Source: a virus. Taken from it: a DNA stretch of 56,177 bases. The notes under the pieces are model-generated. The model did not search any database. It was not told where the DNA came from and saw only the letters and a list, made by a program, of their open reading frames with translations. The DNA lies in the IMG/VR virus record IMGVR_UViG_3300045988_073633, positions 1 to 56,177 of that record. One strand, written 5' to 3'. Below are positions 45,001 to 54,271 of this stretch, in pieces (the stretch's first letter is position 1; each line of letters starts with the position of its first letter). A program made the translations under genes and the position numbers.

Positions 45001-45590
45001 TTGTTTTCTTCTTTTTTTCTGCTTTTTTCTAACAGTTTTTTCCACGATTCTTCTCTTTCTTTTAGCAGCTCATCATTTCTTCTTTTCTCTTCTGAATTAA
45101 GTAACTCTAACGCTTTTTCTGCCTGTGCAATAGTTGCTGCATACCTTGCCATTCCTTTTGACTGCGTGCTTGCATCTTCACTTGCTGTAATTTTATACCA
45201 CTCATTTTGTGCTGTAATTAACTTGCTTTCCCAGTTACGGACCTGAAGTTTTAATTTATCTGTTGAAACATTAGTGTCTACAGCAACATTGACCTTTTCT
45301 TTTGCAGTCTTCATTATTTTTGCCTGCATATCTTCTATAGATTCTGCCACTTTCTGAGTTGATTTAGCGACATTATCCATATTCTTTTTGGCTGAGTCAG
45401 ACATTTGTTCAACCGATTTTTTGGCTTCAGAGCTTGCTTTCTTTATTCCTCCAAGATCTTTTGTTTTATTTTCGGTGCTACCCAGTTTAGACGATATAAT
45501 ATTTAGCTTTTCAATGAGCTTATCTAACGCTGCTTCTGCTTTTTCTGCTTCTGCTTTAATTTTGATCTCTAAGCTGTCTGTATCTGCCAT
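42033..45590 (-). CDS. Tape measure protein
   Basis: 1185 aa, the largest ORF. Coiled-coil N-terminus and hydrophobic centre, downstream of the chaperones. Confidence 0.85.
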   Translation of the reverse strand: MADTDSLEIKIKAEAEKAEAALDKLIEKLNIISSKLGSTENKTKDLGGIKKASSEAKKSVEQMSDSAKKNMDNVAKSTQKVAESIEDMQAKIMKTAKEKVNVAVDTNVSTDKLKLQVRNWESKLITAQNEWYKITASEDASTQSKGMARYAATIAQAEKALELLNSEEKRRNDELLKEREESWKKLLEKSRKKEENKKGIDYYKSNLSWYDSNIQDYDTKGYYFSGLQRSFQKLKKDFPDAKQTIKDYKDLIEDIEKRFPRASSAMATDTGDIEKYMKNAAYGDLKKLTQKKAYENPELKNGEKYTSAYKDLQVQIERTSIALDKLLVKKQRFEDTGVSKNSQKYKDLEWNINHVTEGYNKLVDSATQMETAGNAIESIEKPASGLYSVFERLSSVSKTVASALRGIGFGQVAERVQSAGQNLSNISASMTEVATTSEAAGTAMAGLETAIPVIGIVLAGVTVLINAFRKLASVVSKIAQYIVGFFRKISDAIKNVIKQMLSLGKTSSRSSNKLLRGVQRIFMALASRLRSMAVTATTDSMGDSFDNLQKHSSRLNDQMMRLKVTLQLIGGQFVAAFEPVMNYVLPAVNALANGILSAVNALSQLIAALSGQNTYIKATANMDAFKDSASGASKAQKDLNKQLQSFDELNNITTNDGSGRGSGSGNNSNKGTGFEDADIPDNIKKLSERIKEAWETGNFYSLGKDLGTELAAQLDSINWSAIKEKAKKIGKSIGTFISGFVSADDLSSSIGNTIGEAINTVSANIGAFLESTDFKAVGEFLSEIIQSSVSTIDWNQILQNGINAGKGIADFINGIFSVRTTESIATAIYNVINSGIAGFEEMANTLDYKQIGDSIIVGIKTALLNFDRNKLKSGLQRMAKGIAGIINNIIDSDAIPVIVRFIYDNVNTITNTLSEFINDVNWTKLAGDLMKAIQSLIYNVDWKSLGSVLGKMFINLLVVLRTAITNPVTWISIRLAFDTMLYGALSGIGSTLSNIFSNAWVYIKDGLAKAWSIVLAWWQGATILNIRVASINLIDTVRNAWNSLQNWARQNMKLNLHVEFTTPVGTIQKSVTKALHLTGWPNLKFFKYGGYPDMGDLFVANEAGPELVGTVNGKSAVASNNEITGIRDAIYDSSQQELAMLRRQNDLLMQIVQKEFGITDSDIFNSVKKSNRKYYNQSGRNALVY

Positions 45591-45634
45591 TGTTTACACC
45601 TACTTTCATGATACTAAAAAAGACGGTACAAACA

Positions 45635-46066
45635 TTAGTCCGTACCGCCATTGTTCTTCTTTTTATTAAGTTCGAAATTTGTTTGCATGACTTTAAGTTG
45701 TGCAAAAAATAATTCTGCCTTTTTCTTTCTTTCTTCTTCTGATTGTTCTTCTTCTATCATATCTAAAATTGGTTTTTTATAATACTTATTTTTTTCGTTC
45801 ATTGTGCAAGCCACAGCTGACCTTATATAGTATCCATTCAACCAATTATCATAATCTTCTTCTTTCTTTTTCGCTTTATACCCATTTGCTATTGAGTTTA
45901 AATCTGCATGAGTAAGACTCCAAAATGTTTCCCATGTAACACCCATTTTATACGCTTGTGGATATAATTCTTCTCTAATCCATTGCCTTAGATTTCTGTA
46001 TTTTCTTCTTTCTTCGGATTCTCTGCTGTAGTCTTTTCTTCTGTCTTGTTGAGTGCTCGAAAAAAA
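45635..46066 (-). CDS. Tail assembly chaperone T segment (expressed as a G-T fusion by -1 frameshift)
   Basis: The -1 frame is open from the slippery site to 45635 and in frame with tracked ORF 45635..45946. Confidence 0.6.
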   Translation of the reverse strand, partial: FFSSTQQDRRKDYSRESEERRKYRNLRQWIREELYPQAYKMGVTWETFWSLTHADLNSIANGYKAKKKEEDYDNWLNGYYIRSAVACTMNEKNKYYKKPILDMIEEEQSEEERKKKAELFFAQLKVMQTNFELNKKKNNGGTD

Positions 46067-46323
46067 TCAGATTCTTCCATTTCCGCATTCATTACTTCAA
46101 TAAGGCTATCAAGCGTACCACCTGCTATCATATGATTTTCAATTTCTTTGCCGGCTAATTCCTGATCGTTATTTAGATGCAATGCAAAATATGCTCTTAC
46201 TGCAGACATAGGTTTCTTCATCATGTTTTCCAGTGAAATACCCATATCTTCCAAATCGCACAATGTATTGTATCCGAACTTCTTTGCTGTATACAACTTG
46301 TTGTTGATCTTAAATGTTCTCAT
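45988..46323 (-). CDS. Tail assembly chaperone G
   Basis: 111 aa between the major tail protein and the tape measure protein. Confidence 0.65.
   Translation of the reverse strand: MRTFKINNKLYTAKKFGYNTLCDLEDMGISLENMMKKPMSAVRAYFALHLNNDQELAGKEIENHMIAGGTLDSLIEVMNAEMEESDFFRALNKTEEKTTAENPKKEENTEI
46060..46066 (-). promoter_or_regulatory. -1 programmed frameshift slippery heptamer U UUU UUU
   Basis: The zero frame reads GAT TTT TTT CGA. The -1 frame (TCG AGC ...) is open for about 140 codons. Confidence 0.6.
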
Positions 46324-46480
46324 TTTTATACCTTTTACCTTTCCTCCTATACATTCTGTATAGGAAATGGGCAGTCCTAAGACCGCCCTTTCTTACTTAG
46401 TTAATAAAGTTCTGGCTCGGCTGTTTCTTCATTATAGCCAGTCGCAACAGCCTTGCTATTGTCTTTAACGGACTGGCTAT

Positions 46481-46954
46481 TTATTCCCCCGGTGTCAGTG
46501 CAATCTTTGTATCAGTTCCCTTGTACTCTTCAATAGTCAAGTTCATTTCGATAGTCAAAAGCTCATTCTGGCCAACTTCCGGCATAGGAATACTTTCCGG
46601 TGGCTGTGCAACAACAAAGAATCCTTTTGTAAGATCTTTCGACACAACCTCAAACCACATTCTCTTTCCACCAGTTAATGCCTTATATGCAGTGATAAGG
46701 TCTTCCCATTCCTTGGCTGTTTCATCAGTGTAGTTTACTGTTACCGTCCATGTTCCACCTGTATCTGCACGTCCCTTAACGTAACGTGTAACATCGTCTT
46801 CCAATGCAGATGCATCAATCTGTTCCGGGTCAATTGTAATTCCACCAATTGCATTAATACGATTTAACTGGTTAAAAGTTGTCGGCTTTGTTCCGGCCGT
46901 TTCTTCTACTCCATATCCTAAAGTAATACCGAGTGTACTAATACCTGCTACCAT
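46481..46954 (-). CDS. Major tail protein
   Basis: 157 aa, upstream of the chaperones. Composition typical of siphovirus tube proteins. Confidence 0.65.
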   Translation of the reverse strand: MVAGISTLGITLGYGVEETAGTKPTTFNQLNRINAIGGITIDPEQIDASALEDDVTRYVKGRADTGGTWTVTVNYTDETAKEWEDLITAYKALTGGKRMWFEVVSKDLTKGFFVVAQPPESIPMPEVGQNELLTIEMNLTIEEYKGTDTKIALTPGE

Positions 46955-47010
46955 TTTTTCTACCTCCTATTTGCAAAAAAATAAGAACCATAAGGTTCTT
47001 GTAAAATTAT

Positions 47011-47418
47011 TTATATTAACTTTTCGTTTGCACCTATAATTCTTTGAAACCTTGCGGTGCTTTTGTTTGTATCTCCAAATTCCATTGATGGGAATTTTTT
47101 AATTCCAAATCTTAATTCCTTAAATACTTCTGAAATTACGGACATTACATATCTTGCTTCTGATTCGTCTTTGTTAGTTGTTACATCTACTTGAAACATT
47201 ACTGACAATGCGTTTATTGATTGACCATCAATCGTTTTTCCCTCTTCCGTTGGCGGAAGAAGATGAATATATACCGTTGGAAATGTTGGTGTTTTTGTTG
47301 ACTTGCTTTTTTGCGTGAAGTATATCTTTGGATATTTTTCAATTAATTTTGGTTGCGCTATTGATTTAATGATTGAATATACCGTCATCTCAATATCGTA
47401 CGCCCATAAATTATCCAT
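47011..47418 (-). CDS. Tail completion / tail terminator-like protein
   Basis: Synteny. ATGGATAA overlap with the upstream ORF. Confidence 0.4.
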   Translation of the reverse strand: MDNLWAYDIEMTVYSIIKSIAQPKLIEKYPKIYFTQKSKSTKTPTFPTVYIHLLPPTEEGKTIDGQSINALSVMFQVDVTTNKDESEARYVMSVISEVFKELRFGIKKFPSMEFGDTNKSTARFQRIIGANEKLI

Positions 47419-47944
47419 CTCTAAACACCTCTTTTGCCGTTTCAACAACCAAATCCCTTAACTCATTAGCAGTGTTATACATAAATGGTCTTGATGGCAT
47501 TCCTTCAGTAAAATACCATTTCCCATCATCGCCAGGATAAAACCACCCATATCTTCCATCAACTAACTTATGTATTGTTTTCCCAGTTGCATACTCCCAT
47601 GTCACTCCATCAGGAAGTTTTCCTTTATAAGGTGATTGTTTACCTATTACTCCGGTTCCAAATTCAACAAACATGGCATGATCCGAATCTGTAACTACTG
47701 CCCATATTCCTCCTCCATTAACAGAACCTTTATATTCTGAATGAATGCTCTCTATGAGTTCGCCCGTAAACACTGCATCTAATTCTGCTACTTGTATTCT
47801 TGCTATTTCTACTCCTTTTTCTGCAAGCATTTCTGCAATCTTTTGACATTTATATGCCAATCCGTTTTTATATGCCTTTAATTGGCGTATAGCGCGTTCT
47901 ACGCTGTTTTTTGAAAGGCAATCAAACTTTATTATTTCCGACAT
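47411..47944 (-). CDS. HK97 gp10-like head-tail joining protein
   Basis: Synteny and the FTGELIESI segment. Confidence 0.5.
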   Translation of the reverse strand: MSEIIKFDCLSKNSVERAIRQLKAYKNGLAYKCQKIAEMLAEKGVEIARIQVAELDAVFTGELIESIHSEYKGSVNGGGIWAVVTDSDHAMFVEFGTGVIGKQSPYKGKLPDGVTWEYATGKTIHKLVDGRYGWFYPGDDGKWYFTEGMPSRPFMYNTANELRDLVVETAKEVFRDG

Positions 47945-48388
47945 CTAACTCACCTGATCTGACTCAACAACATTTCGTTTTATTAGAAATAAATCTACTG
48001 TTAATCCTTCATCTGCAACACCCATGACTGTATAATCAGCAGACGTTGAATCAATAATGCCATTTTCATCATACTTAACATCCGATTTTTTCCATATCAG
48101 ATCTCCGGATTTAATTGGCAAAAATCCTTTATCAGTAATAATCTGAGAATAGTTCGTTGAATCATCTATACCAAACTGCTTTGCCAGAACCTCTGACAAT
48201 TTATTGCTTATGTTTGCATAAAAAATTACCGGTTCACTAAAACCAACAATTTCTTTTTTTACAAGCGGTATTTTTTCGCCGTCTGCAGATTCGTAAAATT
48301 TAATATTCCCATTATCATCTTTTTCGTATACTTCTATTCTTTTGCCTTGCAATGAATACTTCATTTTTTGCTTGTTAATGCGAAGCAT
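47945..48388 (-). CDS. Head closure / head-tail adaptor-like protein
   Basis: Synteny only. Confidence 0.35.
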   Translation of the reverse strand: MLRINKQKMKYSLQGKRIEVYEKDDNGNIKFYESADGEKIPLVKKEIVGFSEPVIFYANISNKLSEVLAKQFGIDDSTNYSQIITDKGFLPIKSGDLIWKKSDVKYDENGIIDSTSADYTVMGVADEGLTVDLFLIKRNVVESDQVS

Positions 48389-48389
48389 A

Positions 48390-48716
48390 TTACTTCACAT
48401 CCTTACCAAATCGCTTCCACAATTCAGACAGCTTTTCCCAGCCATACATTGCAACAAATGCTACTACAAAGCCTGCCATAATTGCTGCAAGAATCATATA
48501 CCATAATATTGTCATGTGAATATACTGCATATAAGCAATGAACGATGCAATCGTAATGCCGATTGATAATACAAACACCACAATATCCGTAGGCAATTTG
48601 TTGAATATGCCAATACCCTTAATTACCTGTGTAATTACAGATACAATAAACGCTAATGCTCCGATAATTGCTAATATGATTGTCATGTTTGTAATCAATG
48701 TCTGCATAATCTCCAT
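48390..48716 (-). CDS. Holin-like membrane protein
   Basis: Three hydrophobic helices and a charged C-terminus. Met-9 follows SD AAGGAGG. Confidence 0.5.
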   Translation of the reverse strand: MEIMQTLITNMTIILAIIGALAFIVSVITQVIKGIGIFNKLPTDIVVFVLSIGITIASFIAYMQYIHMTILWYMILAAIMAGFVVAFVAMYGWEKLSELWKRFGKDVK

Positions 48717-48720
48717 CCTG

Positions 48721-49041
48721 CTATACCTCCTTGTCCTCAAATCTCTTAACTAATTCATCTATTCTGTGATGTGCCTGCTTAGTGCTTTCCTCAACCTTAA
48801 CAATTCTGCTATCGTGAGAATTAAGCTCTCTTCGCATTTCTGTAACTTCTTTTTTTATTTCCGTGGTATTGCTTGATATCTCATCGAGCTTTAAATTGAT
48901 TCGGGTGTTCTCTCTCACCCTCTCCTCAAATTCCGAACTATTAGCCTTTTTATCATTCTTAAAATTGAATGATAAGCTAAAGAATCCGAAAAAGACGGAA
49001 AAAGCGACTGAAATAATGCTTATAATTACTGCTGTTGGCAT
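48721..49041 (-). CDS. XhlA-like membrane-anchored coiled-coil protein
   Basis: N-terminal TM helix plus coiled coil. Pairs with the holin-like gene as xhlA-xhlB does in PBSX (recalled). Confidence 0.4.
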   Translation of the reverse strand: MPTAVIISIISVAFSVFFGFFSLSFNFKNDKKANSSEFEERVRENTRINLKLDEISSNTTEIKKEVTEMRRELNSHDSRIVKVEESTKQAHHRIDELVKRFEDKEV

Positions 49042-49129
49042 TTATATACCGCCTTTCAATTTTAATAAGGCACACCGCCCACCACCCTTAAAGTGTGCCG
49101 CCTGCTACCAAATGGTAACGCACAATCTT

Positions 49130-49492
49130 CTATAACATCTTTACAAACGGATATACACCAACAAACAAATCGTCACGGTCTTTCCAGTTTCGACTTATTC
49201 CGTTTTCTGAATACGATTTCATATATGATTCTCCTGCCTGTGAATAGTCATACACTGCAAGGTTGACAACGACGCTATTCAGCTTTTTCAAATCATTATC
49301 TATTTGCTCTTGTGTATAACTTTCCGGGTATATCCGTTTGCTTATTACATCTTGCGTGGCTTGTTCTATTAATTGTTCAATCAGTGGATTTTCTTCCGGA
49401 TGGTCAAATACAACCTTGTCCGAACCATCTTCTGACTGTTCAATATGAAATTGACCTAATCTAATCTTAACTTGTTCTAAGGTTGTATACAT
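49130..49492 (-). CDS. gp6-like head-tail connector protein
   Basis: The N-terminus LEQVKIRLG and synteny after the capsid gene. Confidence 0.55.
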   Translation of the reverse strand: MYTTLEQVKIRLGQFHIEQSEDGSDKVVFDHPEENPLIEQLIEQATQDVISKRIYPESYTQEQIDNDLKKLNSVVVNLAVYDYSQAGESYMKSYSENGISRNWKDRDDLFVGVYPFVKML

Positions 49493-49500
49493 ATGATCTC

Positions 49501-49728
49501 CTATAATCCAAATTTCTCAATCAATAGTTTCTTTAACTCTGCTCCTGTAAGTTCTTCTGCATTGTCTATGCCTTGTTCTGTGGCAAAAGCCTGTAAATCA
49601 GATGTAGACATACGATTAATGGTTGTCTTGCTATAGTCAAAAGAAGTCCCGGAATTGTTATTTTCCGGGACTTCTTCGCCTGCGCTATACCATTTGCCAT
49701 TATGAATCACTATATATGGATATTTCAT
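49501..49728 (-). CDS. Small protein with a SAP/Rho-N-like C-terminal motif
   Basis: The segment LTGAELKKLLIEKFGL. Confidence 0.35.
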   Translation of the reverse strand: MKYPYIVIHNGKWYSAGEEVPENNNSGTSFDYSKTTINRMSTSDLQAFATEQGIDNAEELTGAELKKLLIEKFGL

Positions 49729-49739
49729 AGTTGCACCCC

Positions 49740-50813
49740 CTACTCTTCGCTATGAACCTCATATACGAATGTGCTATCCATATTCTCATATGATGGAAGA
49801 ACAACCTCGGAAGCAAATGTTGACATCTTCATAGGTGGTCCGTACTCTGTCTTTGTAGCAACTGTGATACCTACACCATATACTGTTACATCTACATCGG
49901 CTACCTGTCTTGCTGTTCTTTCTTCCGGTGTAGTGCCAAACCAAGTACTGCCAAGACTACCTTCTGGAAGAAGTGTAACCTTGTTATCCGGGTAGAAGTA
50001 CTGCTCCTTGCCATCATCATCAATGTACATCTTATCGTAAAGTACGATAGTGAGCTTTGTTCTCTTCTGCACTACTGAAACAACAGTATCATCATCAACC
50101 TCAATGGTTGCTGTAAGGTTCTGTGCAAGGATTGAGTTTCTTATCTGTGCATTATCAAGCAAATACTGAAATGTATTGCTGTTCATCAGCACATATCTAG
50201 CAATCTTGCCTTGCTTCTGCAACTTCTTTCTTGCATTGTTAAGGTCTGTAAGTGGCTTTGAATTAGTTGTATCGCTCCACATACTTGTGCCGGATAACTT
50301 TGCGTAATGGTCTTTTGCGTATGAGCCATCCTTATCGTAATCGTAAGCATACTGAACGCCATCACTTACAATAGCAATTACCGGATGACCTGCATTTGTA
50401 GAAAGAAGTGACATTCTCATACGTTCTGGTACAACCTCTGCACCACTTACAAGATTATTAGTATCGTCATATACGCTTGATAAAGCACTTGCAAGATAAG
50501 GGTCGTCCGCTGACTGAATACGCTCGATTTCAAGCATTTCCTCTTCACCGACTGTCATTCCCTCACGGAAAAATGCCATCTGTGTTTTTTCCTTGCTTAA
50601 TCCACCTCTAGCTCTAAGAGTTGGAATTGTGTCAAAGTTGGATGGTGCAAGTGATACTGGAAGTCCTTTATGTGTCTTAATCCAGCTTAAATCAAGCCCC
50701 TGTTTCTTTCTTTCTGGAAACCACTGTAAACCAAGATAAGGTATCTGATTACTAGCGTTTTCTGTTGCCGATAATGCAATAGACTTACTGTCTAATACTT
50801 CATTAATTAACAT
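49740..50813 (-). CDS. Major capsid protein (lambda gpE-like family)
   Basis: 357 aa, follows the scaffold and decoration-like genes. N-terminal region resembles capsid protein E. Confidence 0.75.
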   Translation of the reverse strand: MLINEVLDSKSIALSATENASNQIPYLGLQWFPERKKQGLDLSWIKTHKGLPVSLAPSNFDTIPTLRARGGLSKEKTQMAFFREGMTVGEEEMLEIERIQSADDPYLASALSSVYDDTNNLVSGAEVVPERMRMSLLSTNAGHPVIAIVSDGVQYAYDYDKDGSYAKDHYAKLSGTSMWSDTTNSKPLTDLNNARKKLQKQGKIARYVLMNSNTFQYLLDNAQIRNSILAQNLTATIEVDDDTVVSVVQKRTKLTIVLYDKMYIDDDGKEQYFYPDNKVTLLPEGSLGSTWFGTTPEERTARQVADVDVTVYGVGITVATKTEYGPPMKMSTFASEVVLPSYENMDSTFVYEVHSEE

Positions 50814-50830
50814 CTGTTTACCTCCTGTTA

Positions 50831-51184
50831 TTATTCAAATACAATCATTGGAAGAGCTGTCTTAACTGCTTCTGCGTATGTAACGCCGGAATGTGCTTCC
50901 GCTACCTTTGTATTAAGATACGCCTTTTTAAGTGCTACTCCCTGTGGTCTGTCTTCTGTTACATCAAATCTTAAGATTCCGATTGCTGTTGCTGTATTAT
51001 CAGCCACACCTGACTTGTTTACAGGTGTACCAGCCTTTACAATCTTCTTTCCATTCGCATCCTTTTTTGTTACCGCTGAAAAATCAAGCGTTAATGGGAT
51101 CGCTTCATTAGGCTCTCTCTTTAAAATCTGAACATCTCCTGCATATGAAGTCTTTTCATACTGCATATTCATTTCTTTTGCCAT
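50831..51184 (-). CDS. Head decoration / capsid accessory protein (tentative)
   Basis: Position immediately upstream of the capsid gene, as lambda gpD is. Confidence 0.35.
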   Translation of the reverse strand: MAKEMNMQYEKTSYAGDVQILKREPNEAIPLTLDFSAVTKKDANGKKIVKAGTPVNKSGVADNTATAIGILRFDVTEDRPQGVALKKAYLNTKVAEAHSGVTYAEAVKTALPMIVFE

Positions 51185-51201
51185 TTTTTTACCTCCTGTT
51201 A

Positions 51202-51756
51202 TTACTGAATGTAATGTGATAAAACGTCATTGTTCTTAGGTGCATTAGATATAAGGCTTTCTGCTATCTTTTCAGCATTTGTCTTATTGTCTGCACCGCC
51301 TTTATTACTGCCGCCGCCCGGAATATCCTGATGTTTTGCAATTTCCTGTTCCTTAGCCTGTGCCGCAGCGGTTTCTTTTTCGGACATAATCTTGCCAAGC
51401 TCTGTGTAATCAAGACTTCCATCATCCTTAACAATTGCTTTTGCCTGATCTGCGGTAATCTTGAAATTAGTCATTGCTGATTCTCTCTGATCTCTTACTG
51501 CATTTTCTTTCTGCAACTTTGCAATCTGACTATTTGCAGCTTCTAAAGCCTTATTGGCTTTTTCAATTTCAGAAAGATTACCTGCTTCTAACTCATCCAG
51601 TTTTTTCTGCAGCTCATCTGCATTGTCGGCTTTTTCCTTGTATGCCTTGTTTTTTTCTTTTTCCCTTGCAACTTCTGAATTTGTCTGATTTAACAATCCT
51701 GTGATCTGCTCATCTGTTGCATCTGGAAACAACTTCAATACCTGTTCTCTTGTCAT
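51202..51756 (-). CDS. Scaffolding protein
   Basis: Charged coiled-coil protein between the head morphogenesis gene and the capsid gene. Confidence 0.65.
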   Translation of the reverse strand: MTREQVLKLFPDATDEQITGLLNQTNSEVAREKEKNKAYKEKADNADELQKKLDELEAGNLSEIEKANKALEAANSQIAKLQKENAVRDQRESAMTNFKITADQAKAIVKDDGSLDYTELGKIMSEKETAAAQAKEQEIAKHQDIPGGGSNKGGADNKTNAEKIAESLISNAPKNNDVLSHYIQ

Positions 51757-51871
51757 AATTACCTCCGTTTAACTCACGCTTTTGATTTCGCAGGTTGCTC
51801 CTGCCGAGTTATCTGCTATTTTTCGCATAGCTGCTTTTTTATATAGAAAAAGGCAACCATAAATGGCTGCC

Positions 51872-52504
51872 TTAATTCTTCGTGTATATAATTGAGCATC
51901 TGCAATTCACTATCTCATTTGCACTTGCTCCAAGCGACATATCTTTTGGAAACATTAATTCCGAATTTCCGACTTTGAACGGTTCAAAAATATTAATTTT
52001 CTTATCGTCAACTTCAACATGTGTATGCCTAACATATTTATCTTTCATTGTCTTCCAAGTTTTGAATTTATACCCTTTACTTATCATCTTTGTTTGAAGC
52101 CTGTAATTTCCTATCGTGTTAGCTTCATTTGCTGATATATTTAGCAATCGTGCAATAGATGTATAGTATTCATATTGAGCATTTTCCAAGGTTGTATCTA
52201 TTATTTCCATTGTTATGTATGCGGCATAAGAAACTATATAGGCAGGTGTTATTTTCTTACCCATATAATCTGTTGCAATTTCGCAATACGCATTATCTAT
52301 GTACTCATAACATTCTTCCTTTGTGCTGTCCTTAATCATTTCAAACAGTCTTTCAAAAGCTCTTTCGAATTTTTTAGCAAGGTTTATTCTGTCTTTCTTC
52401 TCCTGGTCTGATATTTCCATTTCACCGAAATAATCTTCGTATTCAATTATGTTCAGTTCATCTATTTTATTCATATCAATTAAATAAGCGGTAGCATTAT
52501 TCAA
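51872..52504 (-). CDS. SPP1 gp7 / Mu F-like minor head protein
   Basis: The RHTHVEVDD...FPKD...NCRCS motif. Overlaps the portal stop. Confidence 0.65.
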   Translation of the reverse strand: MNNATAYLIDMNKIDELNIIEYEDYFGEMEISDQEKKDRINLAKKFERAFERLFEMIKDSTKEECYEYIDNAYCEIATDYMGKKITPAYIVSYAAYITMEIIDTTLENAQYEYYTSIARLLNISANEANTIGNYRLQTKMISKGYKFKTWKTMKDKYVRHTHVEVDDKKINIFEPFKVGNSELMFPKDMSLGASANEIVNCRCSIIYTKN

Positions 52505-53927
52505 CTACCGCTTTGTTACTGTTTATGTTTTTTACTATTTCTTTTGCCTTAGATTCTTGTTCTTCTACATCATCAATAGTTTTGTATATGTTGTCAATGT
52601 ATGGTTTTGATAATAAAAATGTCTTTTCCGCATCTCCCCATAATCCTACTGTTTTTATTGCTACAAGAGGATGTATTCCACTTTGTAACAATACTGTAAG
52701 TGTCTGTGCTTTGGTGTACATGTTATCCTGCGGACTGTGATTAATCTGCACATCAAAATCCCTAATTGACAGTTTCAAGTCTTTGCCGGCAAGTCTTAAT
52801 ACATTAAGAACCACCATTGCAAGTCTTTTTTCCGCCGTTTTAACAACCGGGTCTTTTAACTTTGCTCTTGTTTTAGAGAAGTCCCATCCGTTTCTAAGCT
52901 CAACCGCCCCTTGTGTATCTCCTCCTGTATTTCCCTGTTTGTTTGGAATAGCTAAAATTGATAATGTATTATCCCACAAATCTTCTTTAGCGACCTGGCA
53001 CTGCGTCTGGTTAAGCTCCTGCGTCATGATTTCAACATCAGCTTTGTTGTCTTTGTTGTTCGACTTAACTGCTAATGCATGGCTCATCTTCATCTGCTCG
53101 AACGTTTCTTTGTCAATATCGCAATTAATAAACTTAACCCAATACTGTACAAACTGTTCAACACCATCCATACGATTAGATTGCATATTGTTAATTGCAT
53201 CAAGCATTCCAATAACAAGTTCAATGTCAGATATTCTTTCGTGATTGTTCGGAAACTCAACAATTGGAATCTGACCATATGTGTGAAGCTTTGTCTCAAC
53301 AACATTGCTATTTTCTATTCTGAATGACATTGTTTCAGAAAATGCCATTTTATAATGATTTCCGTCAATATCTTTAAGCTCCTGCACTGCAAGGATTGGT
53401 TCTTCTGTATTTTCGTTGTATATCACAAAGGTATTCATTGGTGTTGGTGCCACAATCCTAAATGGAATATCACCATTATCTTTAGGTTGAATTGCCTTAA
53501 ATGAAGTCCCTGTTGCTGATTGCCACTCTCCAGCTTTAATATCTTTTTCCTGCTTATTTGCATCAGCCATAAAATCATTAAGCATATCAACGGCTTTGTT
53601 GATAGTTTTATCGTCTTTTCTACTTATGAATTGAATAGGCTCTCCATATGTCTGTCCAACCTTAAATTGAACAATTTCATATGCATGATTTTCAACAACC
53701 TTGTTTAATATGTCCTCATTTGAAAGCTTTGTACGATACAAAACAGGTTGGTCACCTTTGTAATAATCCCAAAGATACTTAATAGCCGTTTTATTCCAGT
53801 AAAACGCACCAATACAACTGCCAATTACTTTCACAACATTTTTAGCATTTATCATTTCGACATTTGTGTATGCAATTTTTCTGCCATAACAACCTCTGAC
53901 AAGATCGTTAAAACTTCTCTTATTCAT
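52497..53927 (-). CDS. Portal protein (SPP1 gp6-like)
   Basis: 476 aa. The YYKGDQPVLYR motif and synteny. Confidence 0.8.
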   Translation of the reverse strand: MNKRSFNDLVRGCYGRKIAYTNVEMINAKNVVKVIGSCIGAFYWNKTAIKYLWDYYKGDQPVLYRTKLSNEDILNKVVENHAYEIVQFKVGQTYGEPIQFISRKDDKTINKAVDMLNDFMADANKQEKDIKAGEWQSATGTSFKAIQPKDNGDIPFRIVAPTPMNTFVIYNENTEEPILAVQELKDIDGNHYKMAFSETMSFRIENSNVVETKLHTYGQIPIVEFPNNHERISDIELVIGMLDAINNMQSNRMDGVEQFVQYWVKFINCDIDKETFEQMKMSHALAVKSNNKDNKADVEIMTQELNQTQCQVAKEDLWDNTLSILAIPNKQGNTGGDTQGAVELRNGWDFSKTRAKLKDPVVKTAEKRLAMVVLNVLRLAGKDLKLSIRDFDVQINHSPQDNMYTKAQTLTVLLQSGIHPLVAIKTVGLWGDAEKTFLLSKPYIDNIYKTIDDVEEQESKAKEIVKNINSNKAVVE

Positions 53928-54118
53928 ATAAATGTCACTCCACTGCTTGTAGCTCTAATTGGTAAGGATTTTGCTTTTGTTTCTCCTGTATCAGTGTAAT
54001 AAACAATTTTCTTATTACACTTCTTGCATCTGTACATCTGATTTATTGTTGCTTTCCCATCATAATCGCCAACTTTTCGTTTACAAATAGGACAGTATAT
54101 TGTTTTTTCCATCTTCAT
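53924..54118 (-). CDS. Small zinc-ribbon protein (Com / Cys-rich KTR-like)
   Basis: CPICKRK-N17-CKKCNKK. Confidence 0.4.
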   Translation of the reverse strand: MKMEKTIYCPICKRKVGDYDGKATINQMYRCKKCNKKIVYYTDTGETKAKSLPIRATSSGVTFI

Positions 54119-54271
54119 TTTCCTTTAAAATATCAAAAGCACCATATTTGATATGGTGCCTTGATGAGAGGGTTTGTTAACTTATTGTTTTGGATTAGAA
54201 TGAAGTTCATTTCTGATACTTCTTCTGATTGTCAGTTTATCATGTCAACTTTTTAACATCAATGTGAAATT

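Noticed and set aside
42526-45246. Several plus-strand ORFs (62-174 aa) antisense to the tape measure gene.
   Set aside because: They are all embedded in the 1185-aa tape measure ORF, have biased composition and have no ribosome-binding sites.
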